Part shown: positions 51,759 to 61,892 of the stretch, piece after piece
Layout: each line of letters starts with the position of its first letter
How positions within the stretch are numbered: the first letter of the stretch is position 1
From: an uncultured Pelagibacteraceae bacterium
Lineage (GTDB): Bacteria; Pseudomonadota; Alphaproteobacteria; Pelagibacterales; Pelagibacteraceae
NCBI GenBank assembly: GCA_902624075.1
Contig: CACNWC010000003.1
Coordinates: 31,819-95,818, forward strand
Reading direction: 5' to 3'
DNA: 64,000 nt
The notes under the pieces: generated by a model
The model's database searches: none
The model's input: the letters and a program-made list of their open reading frames with translations, nothing else
Told to the model about the DNA's origin: nothing
Program-made: the position numbers and the translations under genes

Positions 51759-52717
51759 TTAGTAATTTCAATTACTTTATCAAAAATTTTTTGAGAATTA
51801 ATTTTTTCTTTACCCAAAGTATTATGACTAACTGTTTCTTCTCCATCTGGTATTATTGGATACATTTTTGAACTGTAATTACCATATATTAGAGGTGTGT
51901 CAGCCATTAATGTAATAGTTTTTACTCCTAAGGCAGCAGATAAATGACTAAAGCTCGAGTCGTTACAAATTGACAACTTACAACATTTTATGATTGGTAA
52001 AATTTCTTTAATTGAAAATTTGTCTAGTGGAGTACAAAAATTTTTAAATTTAGAATCAAGTATTTCATTTAATATTTTTTGTTCTTCACTATCATTTCCT
52101 GTAGCAAGAAAAAAATTACATTTCTTAGTTTTTAAAATTTTATCAATAACTTCTAAAAATATCCTGGAGGGAATTCTTTTTGTTGGCCCAGAACCTCCAA
52201 TACCTAATAGTATGTTTAAATCATTATCCTTTACATTAAATTTTTTACTTGTTTCAATTACAGATCTATCATTGATTTGAATACTGGGATCTTCATTAAT
52301 TTCTAAATCTAATTTATCTTTTAAGAATTTTTTTGGAGTATTTGTAATGTGCTGTTCATTTTTTGTAAATAATGGGTATTGGTAAATTTCAGGAATATTT
52401 AAAAATCGAGCAATTAAATTAAATCTTAGAGAAGAGTTAAATATAAAAATTTTATCAAAATTATATTTTTTTAAATCTTTGATTAAGTTGAAACTCCCAA
52501 TAAAGCCACTATGTCTACTATTATTTTTACCGTCTCTTTCTAAAATTAAAATCTTATCTATATAATTGGTTTCAAATAAATATTGGTTTGCTTTTGAGCT
52601 ATTTTTTACAAGTAAACTAATAGGGGAATTAAATTTTTTGGATAAAGCCTTTATAAAAGGTAGAAAAATTACAGTATCACCAATGCCCATTCTATTTTGA
52701 ATTACTAATATTTTCAT
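51755..52717 (-). CDS. Glycosyltransferase family 9
   Basis: IGDTV, KR, ICNDSSFSHLSAALGV motif. Confidence 0.85.
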   Translation of the reverse strand: MKILVIQNRMGIGDTVIFLPFIKALSKKFNSPISLLVKNSSKANQYLFETNYIDKILILERDGKNNSRHSGFIGSFNLIKDLKKYNFDKIFIFNSSLRFNLIARFLNIPEIYQYPLFTKNEQHITNTPKKFLKDKLDLEINEDPSIQINDRSVIETSKKFNVKDNDLNILLGIGGSGPTKRIPSRIFLEVIDKILKTKKCNFFLATGNDSEEQKILNEILDSKFKNFCTPLDKFSIKEILPIIKCCKLSICNDSSFSHLSAALGVKTITLMADTPLIYGNYSSKMYPIIPDGEETVSHNTLGKEKINSQKIFDKVIEITN

Positions 52718-52766
52718 ATGGTATTTATAAACTTTACTGAGTATATTTTTTATATAAATTTTTATT

Positions 52767-53651
52767 ATGACGAAAATAAGTGGAATTTTTGCAGCTACAA
52801 TGTCAGTTTTGAATCCTGACCTTAGTTTAAATGTAAAAAATACAATAGAACACGCTGAAAATTTAATAGATGAGGGATGTCACGGGACAGCAATTTTTGG
52901 CAGTACAGGTCAATCTCAATTAATACCAATTTCAGAAAAAATTGAATTGTTGAATGAGTTATCAAAAAGCAAATATAAAAGTAAACACTTAATTGGTACT
53001 GGGTTAAATTCATTAGGCGAAACAATTAATTTTATGAAAATTGCCACATCGTTGAATTTTAATAAATTCTTAATAATGCCCCCAGCGTATTATAAATATG
53101 AAGACTCTCAAGTAATTGAATTTTATACAAGAATAATAGAGTCTGTTCCAGATTGTAAAATTATACTTTATAATTTTGAAAAATTAAGTGGGTATAAGTT
53201 TAGTGTAGAGTGCATAAAAGAACTTGTAAAAAAATTTCCTGATCAAATTAAAGGTGTAAAGGATAGTACTTATAATTTATATGAAAAATTAGATTTAGAA
53301 AATTTTTCAGTATTTCCAGGGTCAGAATTAAAATTACTAAAAGGCTTAGAGTTAGGATGTTCCGGCATAATTACAGCTACTTGTAATGTTACAGCTCAAT
53401 TGTCTAGAAAAGTTTATGATGATTTTTTTTCGGGTGTAGAACAATCTTATAATCAAAAATTATGTGATGTGAGAAAAGTTTTTGATAAACATAATTTAAT
53501 TTCTGGATTACACTCTTTTTGTTCTCAAAAAGACAAAATTTATAAAAATATTTTACCACCATTAAGACTTTTAAATAAATCTGAGGAGAAAAAATTAATG
53601 GAAGATTTGAAAAGTTTAAATTTTACAACAAAATCATCTAAGGCAGCTTAA
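52767..53651 (+). CDS. DapA-like class I aldolase
   Basis: GSTGQ, PPAYYK, LYNF, Schiff-base GVKDS; substrate not determinable. Confidence 0.85.
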   Translation: MTKISGIFAATMSVLNPDLSLNVKNTIEHAENLIDEGCHGTAIFGSTGQSQLIPISEKIELLNELSKSKYKSKHLIGTGLNSLGETINFMKIATSLNFNKFLIMPPAYYKYEDSQVIEFYTRIIESVPDCKIILYNFEKLSGYKFSVECIKELVKKFPDQIKGVKDSTYNLYEKLDLENFSVFPGSELKLLKGLELGCSGIITATCNVTAQLSRKVYDDFFSGVEQSYNQKLCDVRKVFDKHNLISGLHSFCSQKDKIYKNILPPLRLLNKSEEKKLMEDLKSLNFTTKSSKAA

Positions 53652-53652
53652 C

Positions 53653-54840
53653 GTGCAACTTGCAAGATTTCTTAACAAAGTTTTTCAAAAAGGCGGTTTC
53701 ATTTTAATAGATGCTAACTCGAAAGAATATATTATTGGCGATCCAGGAAATAATCCAATTAAATTAAAAATTCTTAATAAAAATTTACATTATAAATTAT
53801 TATTTCATCCAGATTTATATTTTGGAGAGGCCTACACAGATGGAGAAATAATAATTGAGAACGGCTCTTTGACAGATTTTTTAGATTTAGCTTTAATGAA
53901 CTTTGGAAGAGGAGAGTTGAATTTTTTTAGTCATTTAATTAATAGATTACGGGGTTCTTTTAGATACCTAACAAATTTTAATTTCATCAAAAAATCAAAA
54001 ATGAATGTATCTCACCATTATGATATAAAAGATGATCTATATGATTTATTTTTAGATCCTAAAAGACAATATTCGTGCGCATACTTTAAAAATGAAAATG
54101 ATAGTCTTGAAACCGCTCAAAATAATAAGATTCAACATATAATTAAAAAATTAAATATTAAACCCAATCAAAAAGTTTTGGATATTGGATGTGGATGGGG
54201 ATCATTAGCACTTGATATCGCCAAAAGTGCAGGATGTGAAGTAACAGGTATTACATTATCAGAAAATCAATTAAATTATTGTAATCAAAAAGTTAAAGAA
54301 ATGAATTTAGAAAACCAAGTAAAATTTAGATTAATGGATTACAGGGAACTAGATGAAAAATTTGATAGAATAGTTAGTGTTGGAATGTTTGAACACGTAG
54401 GAAGAAAATTTTATAAAAAATTTTTTAAACAAATTGAAAAATTATTAAAGAATGATGGAATTTCCTTAATTCACACTATAGGATCTGTCAATCCGCCAAG
54501 AGACCCACATCCGTGGATTACAAAATATATTTTTCCTGGTGGTTATACACCAAGTTTAAGTGAAGTAACTACTCCAATAGAAAATGCGGGCTTAATAGTA
54601 ACAGATATAGAAGTTTTGAGACTTCACTATTCTCATACTTTAAGAAATTGGAAAGAAAATTGCATAAAAAATAAAGATAAAATTGTAAAAATGTTTGATG
54701 AAAAATTTTTCAGAATGTGGGAGTTTTATCTTGCTGGTTGTGAAATGGCCTTCAAGTGGGGGGATCAAGTTGTTTATCAGTTTCAACTAACGAAAAACTA
54801 TAATTCAACTCCAGTGACTAGGGACTATATTTATCAATAA
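53653..54840 (+). CDS. cfa: Cyclopropane-fatty-acyl-phospholipid synthase family methyltransferase
   Basis: FGEAY, HHYDI, QYSCAYF, LDIGCGWG, SVGMFEHVG, YIFPGG, RMWEFYL. Confidence 0.92.
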   Translation: MQLARFLNKVFQKGGFILIDANSKEYIIGDPGNNPIKLKILNKNLHYKLLFHPDLYFGEAYTDGEIIIENGSLTDFLDLALMNFGRGELNFFSHLINRLRGSFRYLTNFNFIKKSKMNVSHHYDIKDDLYDLFLDPKRQYSCAYFKNENDSLETAQNNKIQHIIKKLNIKPNQKVLDIGCGWGSLALDIAKSAGCEVTGITLSENQLNYCNQKVKEMNLENQVKFRLMDYRELDEKFDRIVSVGMFEHVGRKFYKKFFKQIEKLLKNDGISLIHTIGSVNPPRDPHPWITKYIFPGGYTPSLSEVTTPIENAGLIVTDIEVLRLHYSHTLRNWKENCIKNKDKIVKMFDEKFFRMWEFYLAGCEMAFKWGDQVVYQFQLTKNYNSTPVTRDYIYQ

Positions 54841-54869
54841 ATTATTGATAGAAATTGTTTTCTTCAAAA

Positions 54870-56054
54870 ATGAAAAAAAATAAAAAAAAAAATAAAAAAA
54901 AAAATAAAATTAAGAAAAAAAAGCCAAACTATAAAAAGTTTAAAAGGTCCGTAAATAAAAAAAAACCCAAGACAAAATCAAAAAAAAAAATTAAGGTAAT
55001 AAGATCCAAAAAAGCTAAAATAATCAGAAATCAACCTAATACCAATAAAGCTAAAAAAGACAGTATAGCTCTAAAATTAGTAAAACTACAATTATCTCTC
55101 AAACCGGAATTTAATTTTAAATTCAATTTAAATTTGGAAAAATATATTCAAGGTTTTTTCGATAAAATTTCTGAAACAATTTCGAATTATAAAATTTTAA
55201 AACAAGACGAAAAAAGAAGACTAAGACTGGAAAAAATTGAAAACGAAAGAAGAACAAAATTGGCTTTAGAAAAACAAAAAAAGGATGAAGAGGCTTTAAA
55301 AGTTAAATTAAAGGAACAAGAATTAAAAGAGGAATCTAGATTAGAAAAACAAAGAATAAAAGATATCAAATTATTTTTAAGAAAAGAACAAGCTATTTTA
55401 AGAATTGAACAAGCTGAAAAACAAAAGCAATTTTTAAAACAACTTAAATTAGATAAACAGATAGAAAAATTTAGAATAAGAGAGGTTAAAGAATTAGAAA
55501 AATTAGAAAAAATTTCATTACAAGAAAAAAGAGAAAACTATGCTGAATTACAAGAAAGAATCGATAAGCTTAAAGAAAAATATAGAGTCATTAGAGATCA
55601 AAAAATTAAAGAAAGAGTAGAAGCACTTGGAGTTAAATTACAGGGTGATGAGGATCGAGAAACTTTATTATTAAAAGAAAAAGAATATACATTAGCAAGA
55701 CAAAAAGTAGAATTTGCGTTAGAAAGTTTTTATAGAAGTGCAAGTAGCCTGGTTTTCCAACTCAACAAAAGACATATAACTAGAAATATGTCTATCTTTA
55801 GATGTATAGATAGAAGATTTGAAACAGGTGAGGTATTTATAAAATGGGATGAGTCTGAGGATGAAGAATGGCTTTTGCTTATTTATATTAAAAATAATAA
55901 ACCTGATGAAGGAATTGTAATTGAGGATAAAACAAATCCAGAAAAAAATATTTCTCATGAATTTAGAAGTGTTGATATATTTAAAGCATCAGACACAATG
56001 GTTGACTCTTTAACTCAATTAATTGCCAGAAAAAGAGACAAAAATATTAATTAA
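54870..56054 (+). CDS. Hypothetical protein: Lys-rich N-terminus, long E/K/R coiled coil, C-terminal globular domain
   Basis: About 394-codon ORF filling the gap between cfa and the next gene; no recognisable family. Confidence 0.8.
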   Translation: MKKNKKKNKKKNKIKKKKPNYKKFKRSVNKKKPKTKSKKKIKVIRSKKAKIIRNQPNTNKAKKDSIALKLVKLQLSLKPEFNFKFNLNLEKYIQGFFDKISETISNYKILKQDEKRRLRLEKIENERRTKLALEKQKKDEEALKVKLKEQELKEESRLEKQRIKDIKLFLRKEQAILRIEQAEKQKQFLKQLKLDKQIEKFRIREVKELEKLEKISLQEKRENYAELQERIDKLKEKYRVIRDQKIKERVEALGVKLQGDEDRETLLLKEKEYTLARQKVEFALESFYRSASSLVFQLNKRHITRNMSIFRCIDRRFETGEVFIKWDESEDEEWLLLIYIKNNKPDEGIVIEDKTNPEKNISHEFRSVDIFKASDTMVDSLTQLIARKRDKNIN

Positions 56055-56083
56055 AAATAAATTTGAATTAGGTATTATTTTAA

Positions 56084-56377
56084 ATGATTTTGGGCACAAT
56101 CTTTTTAGTAATTTTGTATTTTATTTTAAAATATACTTTAGCTTGGATTTCATATTACAATAATTTAGATCCTAGACTTGGCGATAGCACGTGGAGATTT
56201 ACATATGATTATCCAGTTATAGGTGAGAGAGATATATCTGATCTAGATGACAAGGAATTTGTGAGACTCAGAAGAAAAAAGAATAAGATTGTTTTATTGA
56301 TGTATTCAATAGTCCTGATCATATTTATTGCCTCAATGTCTGTTTTAAGTAAATTTTTATTATTTTTCTTTGATTAA
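56084..56377 (+). CDS. Small two-TM membrane protein, unknown function
   Basis: Hydrophobic termini flanking a polar loop; fills the intergenic gap. Confidence 0.7.
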   Translation: MILGTIFLVILYFILKYTLAWISYYNNLDPRLGDSTWRFTYDYPVIGERDISDLDDKEFVRLRRKKNKIVLLMYSIVLIIFIASMSVLSKFLLFFFD

Positions 56378-56721
56378 TTTTTTAATTGTTTTTTATTTTT
56401 TATGTAAAGAAAGAATGCAACTATTTCATAAATTATAGAAAATAAATTAAAAATAATTGGCAATTTAAAAAAATTATAAAGAAATTTATATTTTGGCATT
56501 TTTTTCCATAATAATAAAAATGCTTCTGCACCACCCAAAACTTTTTCACCATCTTTGACATGTAGTCTTCTTAAAAGTTCTTTACTGTTTTTAGAGGTTT
56601 CCTTCTCGGCCAACTCATTATCTGTAATATCAACCCAATCAATTTCATCTATTTTCTCTTTTTTATAAAGATCAATTTCGGCCTTACAAATTTTACAAGA
56701 ATTATTAAAATAAACTTTCAT
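56374..56721 (-). CDS. DCC1-like thiol-disulfide oxidoreductase (DUF393)
   Basis: YFNNSCKIC (CxxC), WVDI, RLHV, GAEAFLLLW. Confidence 0.85.
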   Translation of the reverse strand: MKVYFNNSCKICKAEIDLYKKEKIDEIDWVDITDNELAEKETSKNSKELLRRLHVKDGEKVLGGAEAFLLLWKKMPKYKFLYNFFKLPIIFNLFSIIYEIVAFFLYIKNKKQLKN

Positions 56722-56806
56722 AATAAGAGAATTTATTACTAATTTGTGTCATTTATGTACATGCGTAAAATACTCTAGTTGAAAATTTTATGAAACAAAC
56801 TATTTA

Positions 56807-58228
56807 ATGTCTTTTATGAGTAATTTCTTTGAAAAATCTGATTTGTCTAGAAGTGAAGCTGAAAACATTATTTCAGAAACCTTGCAAAAATGTGATGATG
56901 GTGAATTATACTTAGAAAATTCGAAATCTGAGTCAATTTTATTAGATGATAATAAGATTAAAAATTCCAGTTATAATTCTGATTTAGGATTTGGATTTAG
57001 AGCTATTTCTGATGAAGTGGTTGCTTATTCTCACTCTAATGAAATTTCAAAGAATTCTTTGAAACAATCTTCAGAAAATTTAAAGTCAACATTAAAGTCG
57101 GTCAAAGGTACTTATAATCATAAAATTCCTAAATCTAATAAAAAATACTACGATAATATAAATCCTATTGAACAAAAGTCTCTGAATGAAAAAATTAAAA
57201 TACTCAATGATGTAAATAATTATTTAAGATCTAAAGGTGATAAGGTTAAACAGGTTACTGCTAATTTTTTGGGAGAACAAAAGTCCGTAGAAATAATTAG
57301 ATCTGATGGAGAGACTTTATCAGATGTTCGCCCTTTGATAAGATTCAATGTATCAGTTATGCTTGAAAAAAATGGCAGAAAAGAAACAGGTGTATATGGT
57401 GTTGGCGGTAGACAATCTTACGACGCGTATTTAAAAGATGATAATTGGAAAAGTGTTTGTGATGAGGCTTTAAGGATAGCATCAGTAAATTTAGAGAGTA
57501 AACCAGCACCAGCTGGCGAAATGAAGGTTGTACTAGGGCCTGGTTGGCCAGCAATATTAATCCACGAAGCTGTTGGTCATGGTTTAGAGGGAGATTTTAA
57601 TAGAAAAAAAACTTCAGCTTTTCATAATTTGATGGGCCAAAAAGTTGCAAGCGAGGGAGTTACAATTATTGATGATGGTACCATTGATAATAGAAGAGGC
57701 AGTCTTACAATTGATGATGAGGGAACACCAACAGAAAAAACTGTTTTAATTGAAAATGGAATTTTAAAAAATTTTATGCAAGACAGACTAAATGCACGTT
57801 TAATGAAAACGAGATCTACCGGTAGTGGAAGAAGAGAAAACTACAGACATATAGTACTACCAAGAATGAGAAATACAATGATGCTTAGTGGTAATCAAAC
57901 TCAAGAAGAAATGATTAAAGCTGTCGACAAAGGTATTTTCGCAGTAAGTTTTGGTGGAGGGCAAGTTGATATTACATCTGGAAAATTTGTATTCAATTGC
58001 ACTGAAGCTTATGAAATTGTTAACGGTAAAATTGGATCACCGATTAAAGGTGCAACGTTAATTGGAGATGGTCCTTCAATTTTAAAAGAAGTTTCCATGG
58101 TAGGGAATGATATGATGATGGACCCTGGTATTGGGACATGTGGTAAAGCTGGACAAGGTGTACCCGTAGGTGTTGCGCAGCCATCAATATTAATCAATAA
58201 AATGACTGTGGGTGGTACGAAACTCTAA
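56807..58228 (+). CDS. tldD: Metalloprotease TldD
   Basis: DVRPL, HEAVGHGLEGDFNRK, PRMRNT, GTCGKAGQGVPVG. True start may be ATG at 56816. Confidence 0.96.
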   Translation: MSFMSNFFEKSDLSRSEAENIISETLQKCDDGELYLENSKSESILLDDNKIKNSSYNSDLGFGFRAISDEVVAYSHSNEISKNSLKQSSENLKSTLKSVKGTYNHKIPKSNKKYYDNINPIEQKSLNEKIKILNDVNNYLRSKGDKVKQVTANFLGEQKSVEIIRSDGETLSDVRPLIRFNVSVMLEKNGRKETGVYGVGGRQSYDAYLKDDNWKSVCDEALRIASVNLESKPAPAGEMKVVLGPGWPAILIHEAVGHGLEGDFNRKKTSAFHNLMGQKVASEGVTIIDDGTIDNRRGSLTIDDEGTPTEKTVLIENGILKNFMQDRLNARLMKTRSTGSGRRENYRHIVLPRMRNTMMLSGNQTQEEMIKAVDKGIFAVSFGGGQVDITSGKFVFNCTEAYEIVNGKIGSPIKGATLIGDGPSILKEVSMVGNDMMMDPGIGTCGKAGQGVPVGVAQPSILINKMTVGGTKL

Positions 58229-59545
58229 ATGATTAAAGATCAAGAATTTTTAGAGAAAAAAGCGTCATACTGCTTAGGTTTAGCAAAAAAATTAGGTGCT
58301 ACAGAGTCAAGTGTGATTGTAGACAACTCTGTTTCTGAAACAGTTAATTTTAGAAATAAAAAATTAGATGAGTCTAATAGGTCAGATGATCTAGGTATTA
58401 GTATAACCACTTACATTGGTAAAAAAAAATCCTCAATATCTTCTTCTAATTTGCTTGATGACAACTTAAATATTTTGATCGAAAAATGCGTTGAGACTAC
58501 AAAAAATACTCCTGAGGATGAATTTAATTCTTTGCCGGATAGAGACTTATTAGCTAAAGAAGTTAAAGATTTAGATCTCTATGATGATACCCATATAGAA
58601 AATGATCAAAAAATAGATTATTTAAAAAAATTAGAGACTGCTGCTTCTAATGATAAAAAAATTGTTAATACAGAGTCAAGTTTTACTGAAAGAAAAACGA
58701 ATTTTGTTTTAGCTAATAGTGAAGGTTTTTGTAATGGTTACAAAACATCTTCATTTACAGCTTCAAGTGTAACAGTCGCAAAAGATGAAAAGAGCATGGA
58801 AAGAGATTATGAATATTCTAGCAAATGTTTTTTAAAGGACCTAGATGATGCTGACGAGTTAGGAAATATAGCTGCTAATCAAACTATTCGAAAATTAAGT
58901 CCAAAAAAAATTGGTAGTGAAAAAATTCCTATAATTTTCGACAAAAGAATAGCTAAGGGAGTATTAAGCACATTCGCAAGTGCTATTTCTTCATCAGCGA
59001 TATCAAGAGGAACTTCTTTTTTAAGGGACAAAGTTAATCAAAAAATATTTTCAGATAAAATTAACGTTTTTGATAAACCCGATAAACTCAAGGGTTTAGG
59101 ATCAAGAAATTTTGATATTGAAGGAGTAAAGACAAACACACTTAAACTAGTAGATCAAGGAATTTTGAAACATTATCTGATTGATACCTACAATGGAAAA
59201 AAATTAAATCTTAAATCTAATGGAAGATGTGGGGGAACAAGCAATCTTTATTTTGAAAATGGAAATATTAGCTTTAAAGATTTATTAAATTCAAATTCAA
59301 AATGTCTCTATATTACAGAAACTATAGGCCATGGAAGTAATATTGTTACTGGAGATTATTCAGTAGGAGCAACCGGGTTTCTAATTGAAAATGGAGAGTT
59401 TAAGTATCCAATTAATGAAATTACTATAGCAGGTAATTTTAAAGACATGTTTCAAAATATTACCTTAGCGAATGACCTAGAGTTCAAATATGCAACTAAC
59501 TCACCAACTATGCTGATAGAGGGAATGGTTGTTGCCGGTAAATGA
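58229..59545 (+). CDS. pmbA: PmbA/TldE
   Basis: MERDY, FDIEG, NIVTGDYSVGATG, INEITIAGN; follows tldD. Confidence 0.92.
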   Translation: MIKDQEFLEKKASYCLGLAKKLGATESSVIVDNSVSETVNFRNKKLDESNRSDDLGISITTYIGKKKSSISSSNLLDDNLNILIEKCVETTKNTPEDEFNSLPDRDLLAKEVKDLDLYDDTHIENDQKIDYLKKLETAASNDKKIVNTESSFTERKTNFVLANSEGFCNGYKTSSFTASSVTVAKDEKSMERDYEYSSKCFLKDLDDADELGNIAANQTIRKLSPKKIGSEKIPIIFDKRIAKGVLSTFASAISSSAISRGTSFLRDKVNQKIFSDKINVFDKPDKLKGLGSRNFDIEGVKTNTLKLVDQGILKHYLIDTYNGKKLNLKSNGRCGGTSNLYFENGNISFKDLLNSNSKCLYITETIGHGSNIVTGDYSVGATGFLIENGEFKYPINEITIAGNFKDMFQNITLANDLEFKYATNSPTMLIEGMVVAGK

Positions 59546-60513
59546 GCGAATTTTGTGTAATTGGTTCTGGAATTTCTGGAGCCACAATTGCAAATCTCCT
59601 AAATAAAAAATATTCAGTAATTCTGTTCGACAAAGCAAGAGGCCCAGGAGGTCGCGCATCTTTTAAAAGAATAAAAGGTAAAACAGGTTTTGATCATGGC
59701 ACTCAATACATTTCACCAAAAACTGAAGAATTTAAAAAATTTACTAAGGATTTAATTAAAAAAAGAATTTTAAAAGTATGGGGTGGTAGACACGTTTTTC
59801 TTAATACAAAAAAAAAAGAAGATAAAAAACATCTAAAGATAATTGGTAAAAATGGAAACAATGATATCAGCAAATATTTATTAAAAAAAATTAACTGTTA
59901 CTATCATAGTGAATTAAAAAAAATCTATTATAAAAATAAACTCTGGTATTTGTTATTTGACGATGGAAAATTAAAATCTTTTAAAAACTTAATTTTAACT
60001 TGTCCTTTTCCACAATTAAAAAAACTCTCTAAAAAATTCATAAGTAATCCTTTTTTAAGTAAATCTATAAAGATGGATGCAAATATTACTACTATGATTG
60101 CTATAAAAAAAAGTAAGAATTCAAATAGTAGTTATCTTTTTGAAGATCCAATTCTTGGTTGGGCAGGAAACGAAAATTCAAAAAAAAGATTTAAATCAAG
60201 ATATGATTTATGGACCCTTCAAAGTACATTTAAGTGGGCAAATAAAAAGATTAATAAAAACAAGAATAATAAAAAAGAGAACTCAAAAATTATGATTGAT
60301 AAATTTTTTAAACTTTCAAACATCGAAAAAACTAAAATTTATTATTCATTAAATCATGGTTGGAAATATTCCTCAAATCCGAAATCATTTAAAATAAAAA
60401 GTTATTGGGATCCAAAGAAAAAATTAGGTGTTTGTGCTGATTGGTTTGTAGGACCTAGATTAGAGTCAGGATGGATAAGTGCGCACGATTTATACAAAAA
60501 AATTTTAAAATAA
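59542..60513 (+). CDS. Renalase-like NAD(P)/FAD-dependent oxidoreductase
   Basis: GSGISG, DKARGPGGRAS, FDHGTQY, WKYS, CADWFVGPRLESGWISA. Confidence 0.82.
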   Translation: MSEFCVIGSGISGATIANLLNKKYSVILFDKARGPGGRASFKRIKGKTGFDHGTQYISPKTEEFKKFTKDLIKKRILKVWGGRHVFLNTKKKEDKKHLKIIGKNGNNDISKYLLKKINCYYHSELKKIYYKNKLWYLLFDDGKLKSFKNLILTCPFPQLKKLSKKFISNPFLSKSIKMDANITTMIAIKKSKNSNSSYLFEDPILGWAGNENSKKRFKSRYDLWTLQSTFKWANKKINKNKNNKKENSKIMIDKFFKLSNIEKTKIYYSLNHGWKYSSNPKSFKIKSYWDPKKKLGVCADWFVGPRLESGWISAHDLYKKILK

Positions 60514-60514
60514 A

Positions 60515-61195
60515 TTAATCAAAATTTTTCAATTTATACTCCCAATTACCCATTCTTGAATAGGATATTTTTAAAATTATTAAATTTTTACGATCATACC
60601 AAATATTAAAATCTAATCTTTTATCTTTAGATATACTCATGTCTTTAGATTTTAATGTAAAATGATCCACATCATAAATTTTTCCATAAAGATCTATTTT
60701 TTCTTTACCTAAAAAAGTTACTACTTGATCCTTAATGCTACCGGAGATAGGACTTATTTGGGAACTTGCTTGTAAAATTTTGTGATTCCACCAATTTCCA
60801 ATCACATTATCAGCAGAGGCTTCTCCATTATATGAAGATCCTTTAATATCAAATTTGTTATTCTTTTGATTGAATATTAAATTTACAAACTTTTTTTTAT
60901 CATTTTGTAGAGTTTTAGAGTTATACGAAACTAATTGATCTTTATGATATTTTTCCTCGCTATAACCCTCAACTTTGAATACTGTTGCTCCTAAAAGTTT
61001 CACTACAAACTTTATTTGATTAGTAACAATAGTTTCTGCTCCATTTCTATTAAAAAAATAATGATTATAGCCAATAAGCTCCCCATTTCGAAAAATCTCC
61101 ATCTCAATTTTCTTGTATTTGATGTAATGTCCAATATGAGCGATTGAATTTGTTGGATAAATTAAGAGAAATAAAATGACTATAATTTTTTTCAT
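60515..61195 (-). CDS. Exported beta-rich protein (DUF6134/DUF3108-like)
   Basis: Signal peptide, IFRNGELIG, NWWNH, IWYD; family call from pattern memory only. Confidence 0.6.
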   Translation of the reverse strand: MKKIIVILFLLIYPTNSIAHIGHYIKYKKIEMEIFRNGELIGYNHYFFNRNGAETIVTNQIKFVVKLLGATVFKVEGYSEEKYHKDQLVSYNSKTLQNDKKKFVNLIFNQKNNKFDIKGSSYNGEASADNVIGNWWNHKILQASSQISPISGSIKDQVVTFLGKEKIDLYGKIYDVDHFTLKSKDMSISKDKRLDFNIWYDRKNLIILKISYSRMGNWEYKLKNFD

Positions 61196-61244
61196 TTAAC
61201 ATTAGTTTAATAGAGTTTACTAACAATAGAAATAATTTATTAAG

Positions 61245-61892
61245 ATGTTTTTAAAAATTAAGAAAATACCTAAAGTCAATTGGAGCTCTGATAAGCCTTA
61301 TAATTTTAGACCAAAATTCTCTACTTTCTTTTTTTTATGTTTTGGTCTGATGTTATTTGGACTTGGAGAAGGTTTATTAATAGTATCTTTTACTGGCGCT
61401 TCTCCATGGAGTGTTTTAGCTCAAGGTATTTCTCTCAAAGTGAATTTATCAATCGGTACAATTACTTTGTTAATTAGTATTGCAGTTTTAATCTTATGGA
61501 TACCCTTAGGCCAAAAGCCTGGAATGGGAACAATTTTTAATGCATTGATAATTGCATTAATGATTGATCTTTGTATTAAATTTGTTCCAACGCCATCTAA
61601 TTATATAAATCAATTAACTTTAGCAGTCGTATCAGTAATTACAGTTGGTATTGGTGGAGGCATATATTTAGTTTCTAACTTAGGAGCAGGTCCAAGAGAT
61701 GGATTGATGATTGGTTTACAAAAAGTTACAAATTTACCTATAGCAGTTGTTAGAGCAACTTTAGAAATTTCAGTTGTAAGTATTGGGTGGTACTTAGGTG
61801 GAACTGTTGGAGTTGGTACTTTATTATTTGCTTTTGGTATAGGACCTTGTGTTGCTTTAGGACTTTATCTTGTTGATAAAATTTTTAATTAA
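61245..61892 (+). CDS. YczE/YitT-like membrane protein
   Basis: GASPWSVLAQG, GMGTIFN, LGAGPRDGLM, LGGTVGVGT. Confidence 0.82.
   Translation: MFLKIKKIPKVNWSSDKPYNFRPKFSTFFFLCFGLMLFGLGEGLLIVSFTGASPWSVLAQGISLKVNLSIGTITLLISIAVLILWIPLGQKPGMGTIFNALIIALMIDLCIKFVPTPSNYINQLTLAVVSVITVGIGGGIYLVSNLGAGPRDGLMIGLQKVTNLPIAVVRATLEISVVSIGWYLGGTVGVGTLLFAFGIGPCVALGLYLVDKIFN

Noticed and set aside
61196-61210. TTAA-N7-TTAA CtrA-like box between divergent genes
   Set aside because: This motif arises often by chance at this base composition, and nothing else supports it.
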